Below are positions 38,528 through 48,884 of a stretch of 55,655 nucleotides of DNA, piece after piece (the first letter of the stretch is position 1; each line of letters starts with the position of its first letter). Source of the stretch: a virus (taxonomy: Duplodnaviria > Caudoviricetes); IMG/VR virus record IMGVR_UViG_3300002913_000001, positions 1-55,655 of that record. One strand, 5' to 3'. The notes under the pieces were generated by a model. It did not search any database. It worked only from the letters and a program-made list of their open reading frames with translations, and was not told the DNA's origin. Position numbers and translations under genes: made by a program.

Positions 38528-38685
38528 GACTCACTCTCACATTTAATGACTACTTCAATGTCCTCAGGAAATGCTATCCTGTGACCATCTTTACCTACAA
38601 CAGCTATAAGTTGACACTTTAGCTTAGGGGTACTCTTGCATGACTTTTCAAGCAAGTCCTTTAATAATACTACTTTGTTACTCAT
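38524..38685 (-). CDS. 53-aa hypothetical protein (not in ORF track)
   Basis: RBS CAGGAG; stop overlaps the next start (ATGA). Confidence 0.65.
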   Translation of the reverse strand: MSNKVVLLKDLLEKSCKSTPKLKCQLIAVVGKDGHRIAFPEDIEVVIKCESES

Positions 38686-38704
38686 TATATTCTCCTGAAT
38701 TAGT

Positions 38705-38733
38705 TAGGTAAGTTAAAGTCATTACCCATGACT
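38705..38733 (-). promoter_or_regulatory. H-type pseudoknot in the leader of the 53-aa ORF
   Basis: AGUCA-U-GGGUAA-UGACU-UUAAC-UUACCU. Confidence 0.65.
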
Positions 38734-38814
38734 GGCAATTTAAGTTTAATTCGTAAAACCCTCCCAGACATTACAGGCTAAACCATACGCATTCGCATAA
38801 ACACCTACACCCCT

Positions 38815-39027
38815 TCACGAGTGTTTCTTTATGGGTGTACCATTCAGTTGCACATAAGTATCATATAAATACCGTGTTACATCCATGTACACCTCATCAT
38901 AATTATTCAAGTCTAAGACTTGTTTTAATACATCAGTTGGGAGTTCATTTTCATGTTGACAGTAGCTGTACCTATTCAACACTTGTTTCTGTTTCCTATT
39001 TAGAGCTCTAGGCATCGTAATAAGCAT
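38815..39027 (-). CDS. Hypothetical protein
   Basis: ORF overlapping the gp44-like stop; start may be the second Met. Confidence 0.55.
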   Translation of the reverse strand: MLITMPRALNRKQKQVLNRYSYCQHENELPTDVLKQVLDLNNYDEVYMDVTRYLYDTYVQLNGTPIKKHS

Positions 39028-39727
39028 GTAATTTATCTAATACATGTTGTAAGTTATTATCAGTGTAAGTTTCTTTAATGTCCCACATACGCATAGGGCT
39101 TCGAATACGCTCGTTTACAGTGTCTTTTGTTAGACGAGTCTGATATACGTATTTAAATCCTAATAACTCCTCTTCATCGTTAATCTTGAGCATTTTAGAT
39201 GCAGAAGCTTCAATACTTTTTAGTGGTAATTTCTTACAGGCAATAACTGTACTGAAGAAACTTTCAACACCGGTGTTCATTAAAGAGCCTTTAACCTTAA
39301 CCATAGTCTCATTGACCATCTCTGATTCGTTAAATACGTCAGAGGTATGGGCAATAAAGATGATGTTCTTGTTAGAGTTAGCTACATTCTGTGCCATTAG
39401 GTTCTTCAAGAACTGTGCGTATCCGCCCCAAGCTTTCATTGTGTTAGATGAAGTTAGGACTTTAGTACTTTCGTACATATCCATTAGGTAAGTTAAACTA
39501 TCAATAACGATAGTATGAATCTTGTCATTGTCTTGTACTGAATCAATAGCATCCGGTACGTCTGTAGGATCAGTAATTGTGTATTCCTGAAACTTAGAGT
39601 TAAACGGTAACTTCTTATTGTTTTCACAATTTAAGTACATTACACCTTCTGGGTTTTTAATATCAACCAGACTAGCTGATTTACCTGTTGCGGACTTACC
39701 GCATAACAATACTAAATTGTTATTCAT
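39008..39727 (-). CDS. AAA ATPase, N4 gp44/Sak4-like
   Basis: Walker A GKSATGKS; IVIDSLT Walker B; VKVKGSL..GVESFFS..KYVYQTRLTKDTVNERIRSPM. Confidence 0.85.
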   Translation of the reverse strand: MNNNLVLLCGKSATGKSASLVDIKNPEGVMYLNCENNKKLPFNSKFQEYTITDPTDVPDAIDSVQDNDKIHTIVIDSLTYLMDMYESTKVLTSSNTMKAWGGYAQFLKNLMAQNVANSNKNIIFIAHTSDVFNESEMVNETMVKVKGSLMNTGVESFFSTVIACKKLPLKSIEASASKMLKINDEEELLGFKYVYQTRLTKDTVNERIRSPMRMWDIKETYTDNNLQHVLDKLHAYYDA

Positions 39728-41871
39728 TGTATATTCTCCTTTTGAATTATCTTTCTCGATATTGAGATTTGTATCTTTGTGTCTAGTTCTTCCCTGGTCA
39801 ATGGATCAGGTAACTTATCATTAAAGCCATGAAGCTTAGACATAATAAAGTCTAGGGGTAGTTCATTATCTACCAGCATAAAACCATAACGGATAACCAT
39901 AGTGGCCCTGTTGCCTACTTCAATACGTGAAGCAAACCACCTTTCCATGTTATCCATACCTTTAGCATCTAACAGGATCTTTTCCTGCTCCATAGCTTTT
40001 TTAGTCTGAGGTATAAATAACGTAGCATCAATTAATTCACCTGCGTTGAAGTGACATTCTCCATTATGGGACATCCACTTACGTGCAATATCTTTAGTAG
40101 CTGTGTCAGTTTCGAAAGGTAACCAATTAAACACATTCTCCATAAATTTTGAATAGTCCTTAGGACTTAACTTAATGTAGTGAGACATGGGTAATATAAC
40201 TCTAAATCGGTGCTTATCTTCAGTGTGTCGTTTTGTAGTTGCGTACATCGCTGTGAAGTCGCTTAACAGCTCCATAGCCGTATTAACGCTTGTACCGCTA
40301 TCAATGTCTAAGATTAGTAGATCAAAGCCTGGAATAGCTTTCTCTGATGATCTGTAACCATCTAAGAAGTTGTGAGCTGTGTAATGGTGTCCTGTAGTAC
40401 ATACTAGGTTATTTAATGCGCTAAACGCACCAACACCCTCAACGTAACCTGTAGTGATATCAGTACTATAACTAACATGTACGTTATCTAGGTCAGTCTC
40501 TTGTAGAGCTTCTCCTGATAAGAACTCAATGTCATCCACGTAGGTTTTACGAATAATAATATTATTCTTATACCCATACGCAATTGCTAGTTTCAACATT
40601 TCTTTCTTTTGGGATTCCTGCCCTTTATAAAATGGCAGTTCTTCTACAAGATCCACTTGAGTAATCTCACGTCCCACATCAGCAATATATTTAGCTAATC
40701 GAGCATAAGGCCCTTCTTTACACATAATGCGTTTGAAATGCTCACCTGAGTCTTCGACTAGTTGTATAGCATTGTCTAGATGTTCCTTAGCAATTACAGA
40801 GGATCCTTCAGCAAAAGCATAAGCTCCTGCTAACTTTAAAGCTTTATAGTATCTGTGTGCGAGTTCAGCCTTCTGGGTTTCTTCATGAGGTTTAAGATCT
40901 CTGGATAAACTTTCGCAGGTTATTTTATATTGCAGTAAGTGTATGGTATCTGCCTTACTCATAGTAAGCACAGTATTAAACTTAGCCCTGTCTGCAAGAT
41001 TAGTTATGAGACTTTCAATACGTAAAGTATCTTTAGATACATTGGTATTAGTTAAAGCATCATACAACTCTTCAGCTGTTTGCTGTTGTACATTATTGAC
41101 TGTGGTGTCATAGCCAAATAACATTCTACGAGCATAGCCCGTTTCCAGCATTTGTTTGAATTCGTCTTCTACTCGACTACCATCAAGTAATTTAGTAGGA
41201 GTACCAAATAACATCATGTTGGTAGGAGTTCTACCTGTGAGCTCTACACCTCGTTTATTATCAGCGGTATTTTTAGTAAGTTTCTGTTTAACTTTACCTA
41301 CGTCATACAGTTCTAGGAAAGTATTCAACATTTCAGCATTATTAGTTAAGTTAGAGCCTACTTCGTCTAACTCTAAGTTCATCGAGCCACAGTTAGACAT
41401 CAATAGTTTCTGTCTCATTTGTTTAACAGCTGGTGATGTACCACTATCAAAACTGAATGCTAAATTACCTAGTGCGTCATATTCCTTTTGCACTTCAGCT
41501 AAAGCCTCTTCTTGTGATAAGTCAGGGTCTCTAGCTGCACGTGTATTAGCTAAGATAGATAATTCGTTAGCACTTTCTTCAGGAAGAATATGTGATAAAA
41601 AATTAAGCCTAAAACCTTCAATGATATCTTCTTCGATAACGTTAGTTGAAAAACCCTTACCTGCTCCTGAAGGCATTAGGTTTAACACATAGGTGTTTAC
41701 CGGGATAACCCCTCTGTCTTTAGTTTCAATGTTGCAGCGCATCATAGACGCTACTTTAGATAAGTAGTAAGCTACTAGAATTCTAAAGAAATGTCTATTC
41801 TGTGACTGTGTTTTAGCGACAAGTATGTCGACTATCTCTTCAGATAGTTTATTGTATTTAATTTCGGACAT
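39724..41871 (-). CDS. N4 gp43-like primase/ATPase
   Basis: MPSGAGKGFS; FDSGTSPAVKQMR; DEVGSNL; C-terminal primase-like LDIDSG..TTKRH..RFRVILP. Confidence 0.85.
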   Translation of the reverse strand: MSEIKYNKLSEEIVDILVAKTQSQNRHFFRILVAYYLSKVASMMRCNIETKDRGVIPVNTYVLNLMPSGAGKGFSTNVIEEDIIEGFRLNFLSHILPEESANELSILANTRAARDPDLSQEEALAEVQKEYDALGNLAFSFDSGTSPAVKQMRQKLLMSNCGSMNLELDEVGSNLTNNAEMLNTFLELYDVGKVKQKLTKNTADNKRGVELTGRTPTNMMLFGTPTKLLDGSRVEDEFKQMLETGYARRMLFGYDTTVNNVQQQTAEELYDALTNTNVSKDTLRIESLITNLADRAKFNTVLTMSKADTIHLLQYKITCESLSRDLKPHEETQKAELAHRYYKALKLAGAYAFAEGSSVIAKEHLDNAIQLVEDSGEHFKRIMCKEGPYARLAKYIADVGREITQVDLVEELPFYKGQESQKKEMLKLAIAYGYKNNIIIRKTYVDDIEFLSGEALQETDLDNVHVSYSTDITTGYVEGVGAFSALNNLVCTTGHHYTAHNFLDGYRSSEKAIPGFDLLILDIDSGTSVNTAMELLSDFTAMYATTKRHTEDKHRFRVILPMSHYIKLSPKDYSKFMENVFNWLPFETDTATKDIARKWMSHNGECHFNAGELIDATLFIPQTKKAMEQEKILLDAKGMDNMERWFASRIEVGNRATMVIRYGFMLVDNELPLDFIMSKLHGFNDKLPDPLTREELDTKIQISISRKIIQKENIQ

Positions 41872-41874
41872 GGT

Positions 41875-42276
41875 TTAGTAGTCTAGTGTTTGTAGATATT
41901 CTGTTTTACGTTCTACGATGTTGTACCAAGTATTTTTGGACTTATTAACACCGTATAGCTCATTCATATTATTAGCAAAGTCTTGCCACTCTAAGTCAGC
42001 TAAGCTGGTTTTACGTTGGTTCTTGATCCAACGGTAATCCTCTAAAGCTAATTTGGTGGTATCACTCTTTTTCCTGTGTACGGTTTTAGTCCTAGATAGA
42101 ATAAACTCTTTAAAAGAGTTATTTTCTACGGATGTACTGGGAGTTTCCAACACCGGTGTTTCTTTTTGTTTTACAGGTACCTCTACAACGGTTGGTTGGA
42201 TTTCTATAGCTTCAGATAACTTCGTAAGAAGGTCTGCCATTTGAACTAAGATATCTTTAGTTATATTTATAGTCAT
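41875..42276 (-). CDS. Hypothetical protein
   Basis: 133-aa ORF, RBS GGGAGG; inserted between the gp42- and gp43-like genes. Confidence 0.65.
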   Translation of the reverse strand: MTINITKDILVQMADLLTKLSEAIEIQPTVVEVPVKQKETPVLETPSTSVENNSFKEFILSRTKTVHRKKSDTTKLALEDYRWIKNQRKTSLADLEWQDFANNMNELYGVNKSKNTWYNIVERKTEYLQTLDY

Positions 42277-43265
42277 AGAACTAGCCTCCCTTGTGCTTGT
42301 AGATTCTTTGCTTGTGTACAGATACCTACTACTTCACAGTAGCGGCATGCTTTAACTTCACCACGTACAGTCTCAATCACACCGATGTTCCCATCAGCAG
42401 CTAATCGTATACTTGCTTCATCCATAGTATCAAAATTCTTAGTTGCTCTAGCCATCTTGCTAGGGTTTTTGTAATATTTATACTTTGTTTGAGATTCCCA
42501 TAGTTCTTCTGAAGTACATTCAGGAAGTTGATCCTGAGACTTATCTTTCATGAGTGAGATTAGCTTAAGCTTCTCTTTAATAAAGTGGTCTGTCTGGTCA
42601 GTCGGCCATAGTGGGTAAGATTTAGTTACCAATCTTGACTGTGGATATTTAGAATCACGTTTAGCTTGCGCACCTGACCAATCTGTAAAGATGAACTGAA
42701 TATTAATCTTATTATCAGTAATCCTGTCTGGAGCTAACCACTTGTAGATACTACCTTGTTGGGTGTATTTCAAAGCGTTAGAGTCATAGATATAAGTCCA
42801 CACAGATGTGCTCTTATAGTCTGATAACGTACCATCTAGCACAAGGTCATACTTACCTGAGATGATGTAATCACCTACGGTAGTTTCATGACGTTGCTCT
42901 ACGTACACAGGGATGTCAGTCCCATCGTAACTTAGGTCTTCCTTGTTAGGGTTAACCTTAATTCTATCGGCAAGGCCTGACATAGACATAGCCTCTAGTG
43001 CTTTATTAATGTTGTCTTTGTTTAACCAAGCTTCTTCAGCAATAGCGTGAATAGCTGATCCCATACGAGCGCTAACTAGGTCTGTAATATCTACTGACTT
43101 ATCTAGTCCTGCATTCTGGTATTTAAGTACCAGGGCTCTAGTAGGTTTAAGTAATGAGGTAGCACTAATTACATTAGTTCTACTGTCGTAGTCATAGTCA
43201 TCATGCATTAACCATACGGCTAATGGCAAGCTGACATTACTGTTATTTGTATATTTAAATCCCAT
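42273..43265 (-). CDS. PD-(D/E)XK Cas4-like nuclease (N4 gp42-like)
   Basis: ISATSLLKP..GSAIH..ISGKYD..DYKSTS..QGSIY; C-terminal C..CRYC..C cluster. Confidence 0.85.
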   Translation of the reverse strand: MGFKYTNNSNVSLPLAVWLMHDDYDYDSRTNVISATSLLKPTRALVLKYQNAGLDKSVDITDLVSARMGSAIHAIAEEAWLNKDNINKALEAMSMSGLADRIKVNPNKEDLSYDGTDIPVYVEQRHETTVGDYIISGKYDLVLDGTLSDYKSTSVWTYIYDSNALKYTQQGSIYKWLAPDRITDNKINIQFIFTDWSGAQAKRDSKYPQSRLVTKSYPLWPTDQTDHFIKEKLKLISLMKDKSQDQLPECTSEELWESQTKYKYYKNPSKMARATKNFDTMDEASIRLAADGNIGVIETVRGEVKACRYCEVVGICTQAKNLQAQGRLVL

Positions 43266-45750
43266 TTAATATTTCCTCAATCTGTTTAATACTAGCCCCA
43301 TTAGGTAGACTAGTTTGTTTATCCCAAGACTTACCTATTTCTAGATTAGCCCCCATGGACACGTCATTCGATTGAATGCTCGGATGAGCATTCCATTGCA
43401 TCTCTTTAATTAGAGTATCGTTTAGAAACTTTACAGCCTCTGGTGTATCTCTAACTAAGAAGTAAGCAGCATCGTGTATTGTGTTGATGGGACGTATATC
43501 ATATACGAATTCTGAAGTCTCAAGTAATTTATTTGTTGCAATTAGAGCTCTATTAATCAACATGCCCCAAGACTGCGTCACAGCGTTGTTTGCGCTCCTT
43601 GACTCTGCTACTGCAGCATATGGTGTGTTACGCCCTGATGGATCATCATGGATAACCATGGATAATAATGGACATCTAATGGTCATACCAAATGCTAATT
43701 TCATATAACCGTTTTTATTAGCAAATCTGACATTTCTTCTACTGAACTTATCAGATTCCTCATAAAGCTTATGATAATTAGCTTCAATATCTTTAGCTTC
43801 TTCTGGAGTAAACCCACTATTTGTTACTAATGTGTTCCACGTACCGTTATACGTTAGTGCAAAAGTAGGTGCCTTAGATTTCTGTCTAAGCTCAGGGTAT
43901 TTGGTTTCAATAGAATTGATGCTTTCTACAGTATCCTCGATATCTGGCATTTGTTCTTTGAAGTATGCAAAAGTTCTTAAACAATGACCGTCATAGCCGT
44001 CAGTGTAAACTTTGATTTTGTTTTTATCTTTAGTTAGAATAGCATTAATTCTATCTTCTAGAGATGAGAAGTCTGCTCCCGCCCATAGCCAGCCATCAGG
44101 TGCCTTAAAACAAGACTTAATAGCTTTGCCATACGTACTTCCACTTGGTAGATTTTGTAGGTTAGGATCACTAGAACTTAAACGTCCTGATTGTGTCCCA
44201 CCCAGTTTCAAACTACCGTGCAGATTACCTCTAATGTTGTGTTTCTTAAACGCTTTAATAAACGTACCAAGAATCTTACTGGTTTGACTTATCCCTGTAA
44301 GATGTTCAAGTATCTCAGTGTGATTTTGGTGTTTACTTATAACAAGTAGTTTCTTAAGTGTCTTGGATCCAGTAGCTGGTTGCTTACTGTCTGTAAAGTC
44401 GACAGGCTCGTAACCTAACTGGTTGTACATTAGATGTCTAATATGATTGTTAGATTTAGGATTAAACTCTTCATGAGCAAAATCACTAACAGGTCTAACC
44501 TTTTTCTTTAATTGTTCATTAGCTTCTAGCATTTTACGAATGCGAAGCTCTAAGTTAAAAGTAGTTATCTCTGGATATTTACGTAATGTTTTAAAGTGAT
44601 CATCATGCTTAACTGTTAATTCTATTCCCACTTCATCTACTCTCGTAGCGTCCAGAGGAAGTCCTGTAAGCATCATCTTAAGCATAACCTTAATCGATGG
44701 TTGGAATATCGTTGTATAGGGCTTAATAAGCTTCTCAGTCATTACTATAGCCTTATATTTGTCATAAACAAACCAAGTAGCTAAGCAGTCTTTTAAGTTA
44801 TATTCAAGTAAGTCTTTTACGGGTAATGCATCTGCATTCTTTACGTCTAAGCCATAATTACCTGCGAATTCTAGTGAGTTAGACTTCAGGTCTAACTTAA
44901 CTTCTGTCGTACTATTTTTAGCTAAATATGTGTAGAGCATACTGTCTTCCACATTAGCAAATATGTCACAACCTTTATGCATGCCAACGAAGTCGTCAGT
45001 TTGTTGCATAAACAGGTTATAAATTAAGTGTTTACAATCAAACAAAGCGTTATGAAATATCAAGTCACCTTCATATGATTCAAAGAAACCTTTCAGGTAT
45101 TCTGTTCCAGTACCCCGTAGGTAGAGTACTCCGCCATTATGCTTGTCCCAAGCAAAAGCAATAGACAGTATTTCTATGCCTAAGTGTAAGCCTGTAGTTT
45201 CAATGTCCACTGTTAAAGCAGGGTACTTGAATAACTTCATGAAGAACTTAGAAGCATCTTCAGCTGTATATATGTATTCAGCACTATGTATGATTCCAGG
45301 CTTTTTAAAGCCAGTTACTGCTGTAATACCTTCATCGATTAGCTCTTGGTTAGCTGGGTTGTAAAATAGAGACTTGTGGTTAGGTACCAGTACTACGTCA
45401 TACTCAGTATACCCATCCAGTTTTCCTTTAAAGGTTTCACCATAGCAGTTAGACACTTTAGTTTGTTTCGTTATCCACTTAAAGTAGTTAGTGTCAGCAA
45501 CAATAATGCGTCTAAGCTTTTTAAGTTTATCTAATTTAGGTAATAACATTCTTAGGTAATTTTTACCTAAATCAGCTTTAACTTTATGGTCTTCGTAGAG
45601 TAAACCCAATACAGCTATTTCACCTTTATTAAGGCCTTTAGCTCGTAGAGGTTTTACGTAGTATTTAGATATTTCAGTTGCGATTACAGCATCATCTTTT
45701 ATTAAGATGAGCGTAGTTACTTCTCCGTCCCCAAACTGGATATCGCGCAT
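43255..45750 (-). CDS. Family A DNA polymerase with 3'-5' exonuclease (N4 gp39-like)
   Basis: VDIETTG, FHNALFD, YNLKD exonuclease motifs; SGRLSSSDPNLQNLP; ADFSSLEDRI; RQKSKAPTFALTY; TIHDA. Confidence 0.97.
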   Translation of the reverse strand: MRDIQFGDGEVTTLILIKDDAVIATEISKYYVKPLRAKGLNKGEIAVLGLLYEDHKVKADLGKNYLRMLLPKLDKLKKLRRIIVADTNYFKWITKQTKVSNCYGETFKGKLDGYTEYDVVLVPNHKSLFYNPANQELIDEGITAVTGFKKPGIIHSAEYIYTAEDASKFFMKLFKYPALTVDIETTGLHLGIEILSIAFAWDKHNGGVLYLRGTGTEYLKGFFESYEGDLIFHNALFDCKHLIYNLFMQQTDDFVGMHKGCDIFANVEDSMLYTYLAKNSTTEVKLDLKSNSLEFAGNYGLDVKNADALPVKDLLEYNLKDCLATWFVYDKYKAIVMTEKLIKPYTTIFQPSIKVMLKMMLTGLPLDATRVDEVGIELTVKHDDHFKTLRKYPEITTFNLELRIRKMLEANEQLKKKVRPVSDFAHEEFNPKSNNHIRHLMYNQLGYEPVDFTDSKQPATGSKTLKKLLVISKHQNHTEILEHLTGISQTSKILGTFIKAFKKHNIRGNLHGSLKLGGTQSGRLSSSDPNLQNLPSGSTYGKAIKSCFKAPDGWLWAGADFSSLEDRINAILTKDKNKIKVYTDGYDGHCLRTFAYFKEQMPDIEDTVESINSIETKYPELRQKSKAPTFALTYNGTWNTLVTNSGFTPEEAKDIEANYHKLYEESDKFSRRNVRFANKNGYMKLAFGMTIRCPLLSMVIHDDPSGRNTPYAAVAESRSANNAVTQSWGMLINRALIATNKLLETSEFVYDIRPINTIHDAAYFLVRDTPEAVKFLNDTLIKEMQWNAHPSIQSNDVSMGANLEIGKSWDKQTSLPNGASIKQIEEILNGI

Positions 45751-45759
45751 TATATTACC

Positions 45760-46023
45760 TCAATGATATGTTTCGTTTAATAACTCTTCAGAATCCTCAA
45801 CCATCAACAGTAAGGATGTGGCCTTAGATTCGTATTCAGCTTTTCTTTCCTCGTAATATTGTAAAGCGTCTTCTATGTCGATATCCTCAGGATCGTCTAT
45901 ACCCTGTAATGCTACATAATGCTCAAAACACAAAGCTTTAGATATAACTTCAACTAAAAATTTTAACTGTAGTGCTGCCATATTATTTAATATAAATCGT
46001 TTCGCCATATGGTGCAGGTTCAT
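45760..46023 (-). CDS. Hypothetical protein
   Basis: ORF on the coding strand; start probably a later Met. Confidence 0.55.
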   Translation of the reverse strand: MNLHHMAKRFILNNMAALQLKFLVEVISKALCFEHYVALQGIDDPEDIDIEDALQYYEERKAEYESKATSLLLMVEDSEELLNETYH

Positions 46024-47089
46024 GTTCTGAATTGCATATCCACATAATAGGATACGATGTTTCCTCGTTAAGTTCTTCAGCGTATAAATCCGTGAAGTAG
46101 ATTAGTAATTGTGGCTGATGTGCATCACAATACTTTATAACAGGGTCAAAACTAGTTCCTCCCCCTCCCGTAAACTTTAAGTCTAGGATGTTATCATGTT
46201 TATCTACAGCGAAAACATTATGTATTTCCCAGTCACAATCAATTATCTTGAGTGATTCGGGCTTATAGATGTCTCTGATGTCTTGTATCTCAGATAACAT
46301 TTCTAGTAGGTCTTCATCTGTAACACTACCACTGGTATCTATAGCTACAACTATATCTCCGATAGTCGGAGAGTGTTGGCTAGGTAAGTAGTGCTGTGGA
46401 AAGAAGCGTCTATTAGGTCTAGTCCAGGTGTAATCATCCTTAATCATATTAGTTAAGAATCGAGTAAGTAACTGATTCCATGGTAGCTTAGGATTGATTA
46501 ACTCATCAATAGCTCTAGAGATTTCTCCAGGTATTTCACCATGTTCTTTACCCGCTGCTTTAGATTGTATCTGGGCTTGAATGATAATGTCTGTGACTCT
46601 ATCAAATACATCAGCCTCTTTAGTTCCATCTGGTGCATCAAGTAAATCTTCTAGGAAATCACCTCTACCTTGATCGTCTTCATCTTCAGTTTTAATAATG
46701 TCGTAGACTTCCTCTGTTGACATATCTTTAAAACGTTTATCGTATAAACCACCCTTAGGTAGTGAGTAACCTGCTTCAATCAACATGTAGTTAATTACAT
46801 AGTCTCCTGCCAGGTTCCATGTACGCTTATCACGCCCATTTACCCTAGCAAAGTGGTTGAATGCTACATGCCACACTTCGTGTGCTAGTAGCCCAGCTCT
46901 TTCAGGAGCTGTTAGGTCTTTAAAAAATTCCGGATTATAAATAATAGACATGCCATCAGTGCCCGCCGTAGGTAGTGCGTCTGAGAAGCTATGCTTTAAG
47001 CTTAGGCAGATAGTAGATAGAAATACTGATTTAGTCATCAGTTCAATCTTAGCGTGTCTAAGGTAATCCTCTACTGTCTTGTTTTCCAT
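45983..47089 (-). CDS. Metallopeptidase-vWA protein (N4 gp25-like)
   Basis: TAGTDG..YNPEF; HEVWH; WNLAGDYVIN; MIDAS DTSGS; GGGGTSF; FTD. Likely start 47089. Confidence 0.9.
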   Translation of the reverse strand: MENKTVEDYLRHAKIELMTKSVFLSTICLSLKHSFSDALPTAGTDGMSIIYNPEFFKDLTAPERAGLLAHEVWHVAFNHFARVNGRDKRTWNLAGDYVINYMLIEAGYSLPKGGLYDKRFKDMSTEEVYDIIKTEDEDDQGRGDFLEDLLDAPDGTKEADVFDRVTDIIIQAQIQSKAAGKEHGEIPGEISRAIDELINPKLPWNQLLTRFLTNMIKDDYTWTRPNRRFFPQHYLPSQHSPTIGDIVVAIDTSGSVTDEDLLEMLSEIQDIRDIYKPESLKIIDCDWEIHNVFAVDKHDNILDLKFTGGGGTSFDPVIKYCDAHQPQLLIYFTDLYAEELNEETSYPIMWICNSEHEPAPYGETIYIK

Positions 47090-47093
47090 AATG

Positions 47094-48125
47094 TTATCCG
47101 AATAGTTTGTCTGCGTTTTTTGCAATCCAGTCTTGAATTACTGGGTGAGCTTTAAGCTTAGGCTTAATAGCGTAGATATCTTTCAATACTACTACTTGAA
47201 ACTCTACTGGTAATTTTTTAATAATAACCATCAGAGGTGTAATAGTATCAGGTGCTGCGTTATGACTAATTAAAGTCGTAATAGCGTACTGATGTCCTGG
47301 TTCTTTAGGGATAGTTACACTACTAGGGTTATTAATCATAGTTTCTACATCTGGCAAGTCTTTATAGACTGCGCAGAATGCTCTAAATTCTGTTGCTGCA
47401 CCTTCGCCCACTGTACCTACTAGTACTGCGTGGTCAACTCTGTTGAAAGTTTCTTTACCTTTGATAATCTTAGATAAGAATTCCCAAGTACGTGGTGAGG
47501 CAAAGGTATCGTCTGCGTGATTAGGATTAAACTTGTGCAATAGCTCAGGTCTAAACTTAACAAAAGAGATAACTCTATGGTCAATGCTATTAGCATTAGC
47601 CCAGTCTAACCAGCTAGCTGAATCTACCATAAGGTTCAAGTGAACCATTCTAGATTGCATAGCTGTAGATAATCTATTTACAATAGCTTTGTCTGTTGCC
47701 TTGTTACCTGCGCATACGATAGCTACTCGCTTATGTATGTCATGGGCACCAATCTGTCTATCTAGTACTAGCTTATAAGCTGCTGCTTGAATAGCCGGTG
47801 GAGCTGCATTAATCTCATCTAGGAATAATAACCAACCGTCATACCCATTAGGTACTTCATCCATACCTTGTAAAGGAAATGTCATAGGTGGAGCATAATC
47901 CATACGCGCACCATCCTGTTGCAAAGTAGGGAATCCATTTAGGTCAGTAGGATCTGACTGGGCTAATCTCATATCAATCAGTTTAAGATTGTGCATCTTA
48001 GCTACTGATTTAACGATATCTGATTTACCAATACCAGGTGAACCTACTAACATAGGTGTTAGGCCAGAGGTTAGTACGCTATTTAAAGCGTCTACCATAT
48101 CTGATGATGAAATTTCAATACTCAT
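47094..48125 (-). CDS. MoxR-like AAA+ ATPase (N4 gp24-like)
   Basis: GSPGIGKS; LFLDEIN; CAGN; SPRTWE; paired with the vWA gene. Confidence 0.9.
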   Translation of the reverse strand: MSIEISSSDMVDALNSVLTSGLTPMLVGSPGIGKSDIVKSVAKMHNLKLIDMRLAQSDPTDLNGFPTLQQDGARMDYAPPMTFPLQGMDEVPNGYDGWLLFLDEINAAPPAIQAAAYKLVLDRQIGAHDIHKRVAIVCAGNKATDKAIVNRLSTAMQSRMVHLNLMVDSASWLDWANANSIDHRVISFVKFRPELLHKFNPNHADDTFASPRTWEFLSKIIKGKETFNRVDHAVLVGTVGEGAATEFRAFCAVYKDLPDVETMINNPSSVTIPKEPGHQYAITTLISHNAAPDTITPLMVIIKKLPVEFQVVVLKDIYAIKPKLKAHPVIQDWIAKNADKLFG

Positions 48126-48295
48126 GATCTCTCCAGGTGTTCGATGACCATGTCTTGTTTTTCAGCCAGGTCTTCATAATATTTTTGTTTATCTGTATAG
48201 TGTTTAGCTTTAGCATGTTGTACTTTATCTAATAAGTAGTTATGTACTTCAAGTGCCCAACCTATTTCAACTCGGTTATCTGTATAGTTGGACAT
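48122..48295 (-). CDS. 57-aa hypothetical protein (not in ORF track)
   Basis: MSNYTDNRVEIGWALEVH..VIEHLERS*; stop overlaps the ATPase start. Confidence 0.6.
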   Translation of the reverse strand: MSNYTDNRVEIGWALEVHNYLLDKVQHAKAKHYTDKQKYYEDLAEKQDMVIEHLERS

Positions 48296-48296
48296 A

Positions 48297-48884
48297 TCAT
48301 CCTTCTAACAAGTTTTCAGTCAATCGTTTATTAACGGCATTTAGGTCTAGAGAACTTTCTAAGTCCAATAGTTGTTGCTTCGCTTTTTTAGCTCTAACAG
48401 GTTCAGGTGGGATGTGCTTAGATAGCGCTGGGTAATTCGCCCATAGCTCATGTAACTGCTTAGTTGTAGTTACCTTGTCTAAACATTCTTCTGTAAAGGT
48501 ACGTAATGTAACTTTTTCTTGTAATAACTCTGCTTCTTCTGCTTGGATTGATTCAACCCTGCTCTGTAAAGTCGGTACTACTTTCATAGGTATAGTCTTA
48601 CTATAGTAGCCAGAACCTTCCCTACAAACTATGACTTGTTTAGGTGCCATTGCGTACCAGTTGTGATTGTTCCCTTCATAACCTACTTCAAGAATTAAAT
48701 CATCATCCTTTTGGAACATCTCTAGAGGTAAGGTGTCAATAGTAGCTTGAAAAGGTGCTATCCATAACGCGTGGTTGTCACATACTAAGGTATCTCGTAG
48801 GTTTTTTAAACGCTTCTCAGGTACATCGTAAATACCCATAATAGCTTTTAATACATCATCTTTCTTAAGTTGGCTAAGTTTCAT
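48297..48884 (-). CDS. Nmad5-like protein
   Basis: MKLSQ..K..V start and L.KVTTTKQL.ELW motif near the C-terminus. Confidence 0.6.
   Translation of the reverse strand: MKLSQLKKDDVLKAIMGIYDVPEKRLKNLRDTLVCDNHALWIAPFQATIDTLPLEMFQKDDDLILEVGYEGNNHNWYAMAPKQVIVCREGSGYYSKTIPMKVVPTLQSRVESIQAEEAELLQEKVTLRTFTEECLDKVTTTKQLHELWANYPALSKHIPPEPVRAKKAKQQLLDLESSLDLNAVNKRLTENLLEG

Noticed and set aside
38524-38685. CsrA-like call for the 53-aa ORF
   Set aside because: Only faint similarity; lacks the MLILTR start and the VHREE motif.
42273-43265. CRISPR-Cas system based on the Cas4-like nuclease
   Set aside because: It is the core N4 gp42-like replication gene; no array or other cas genes.
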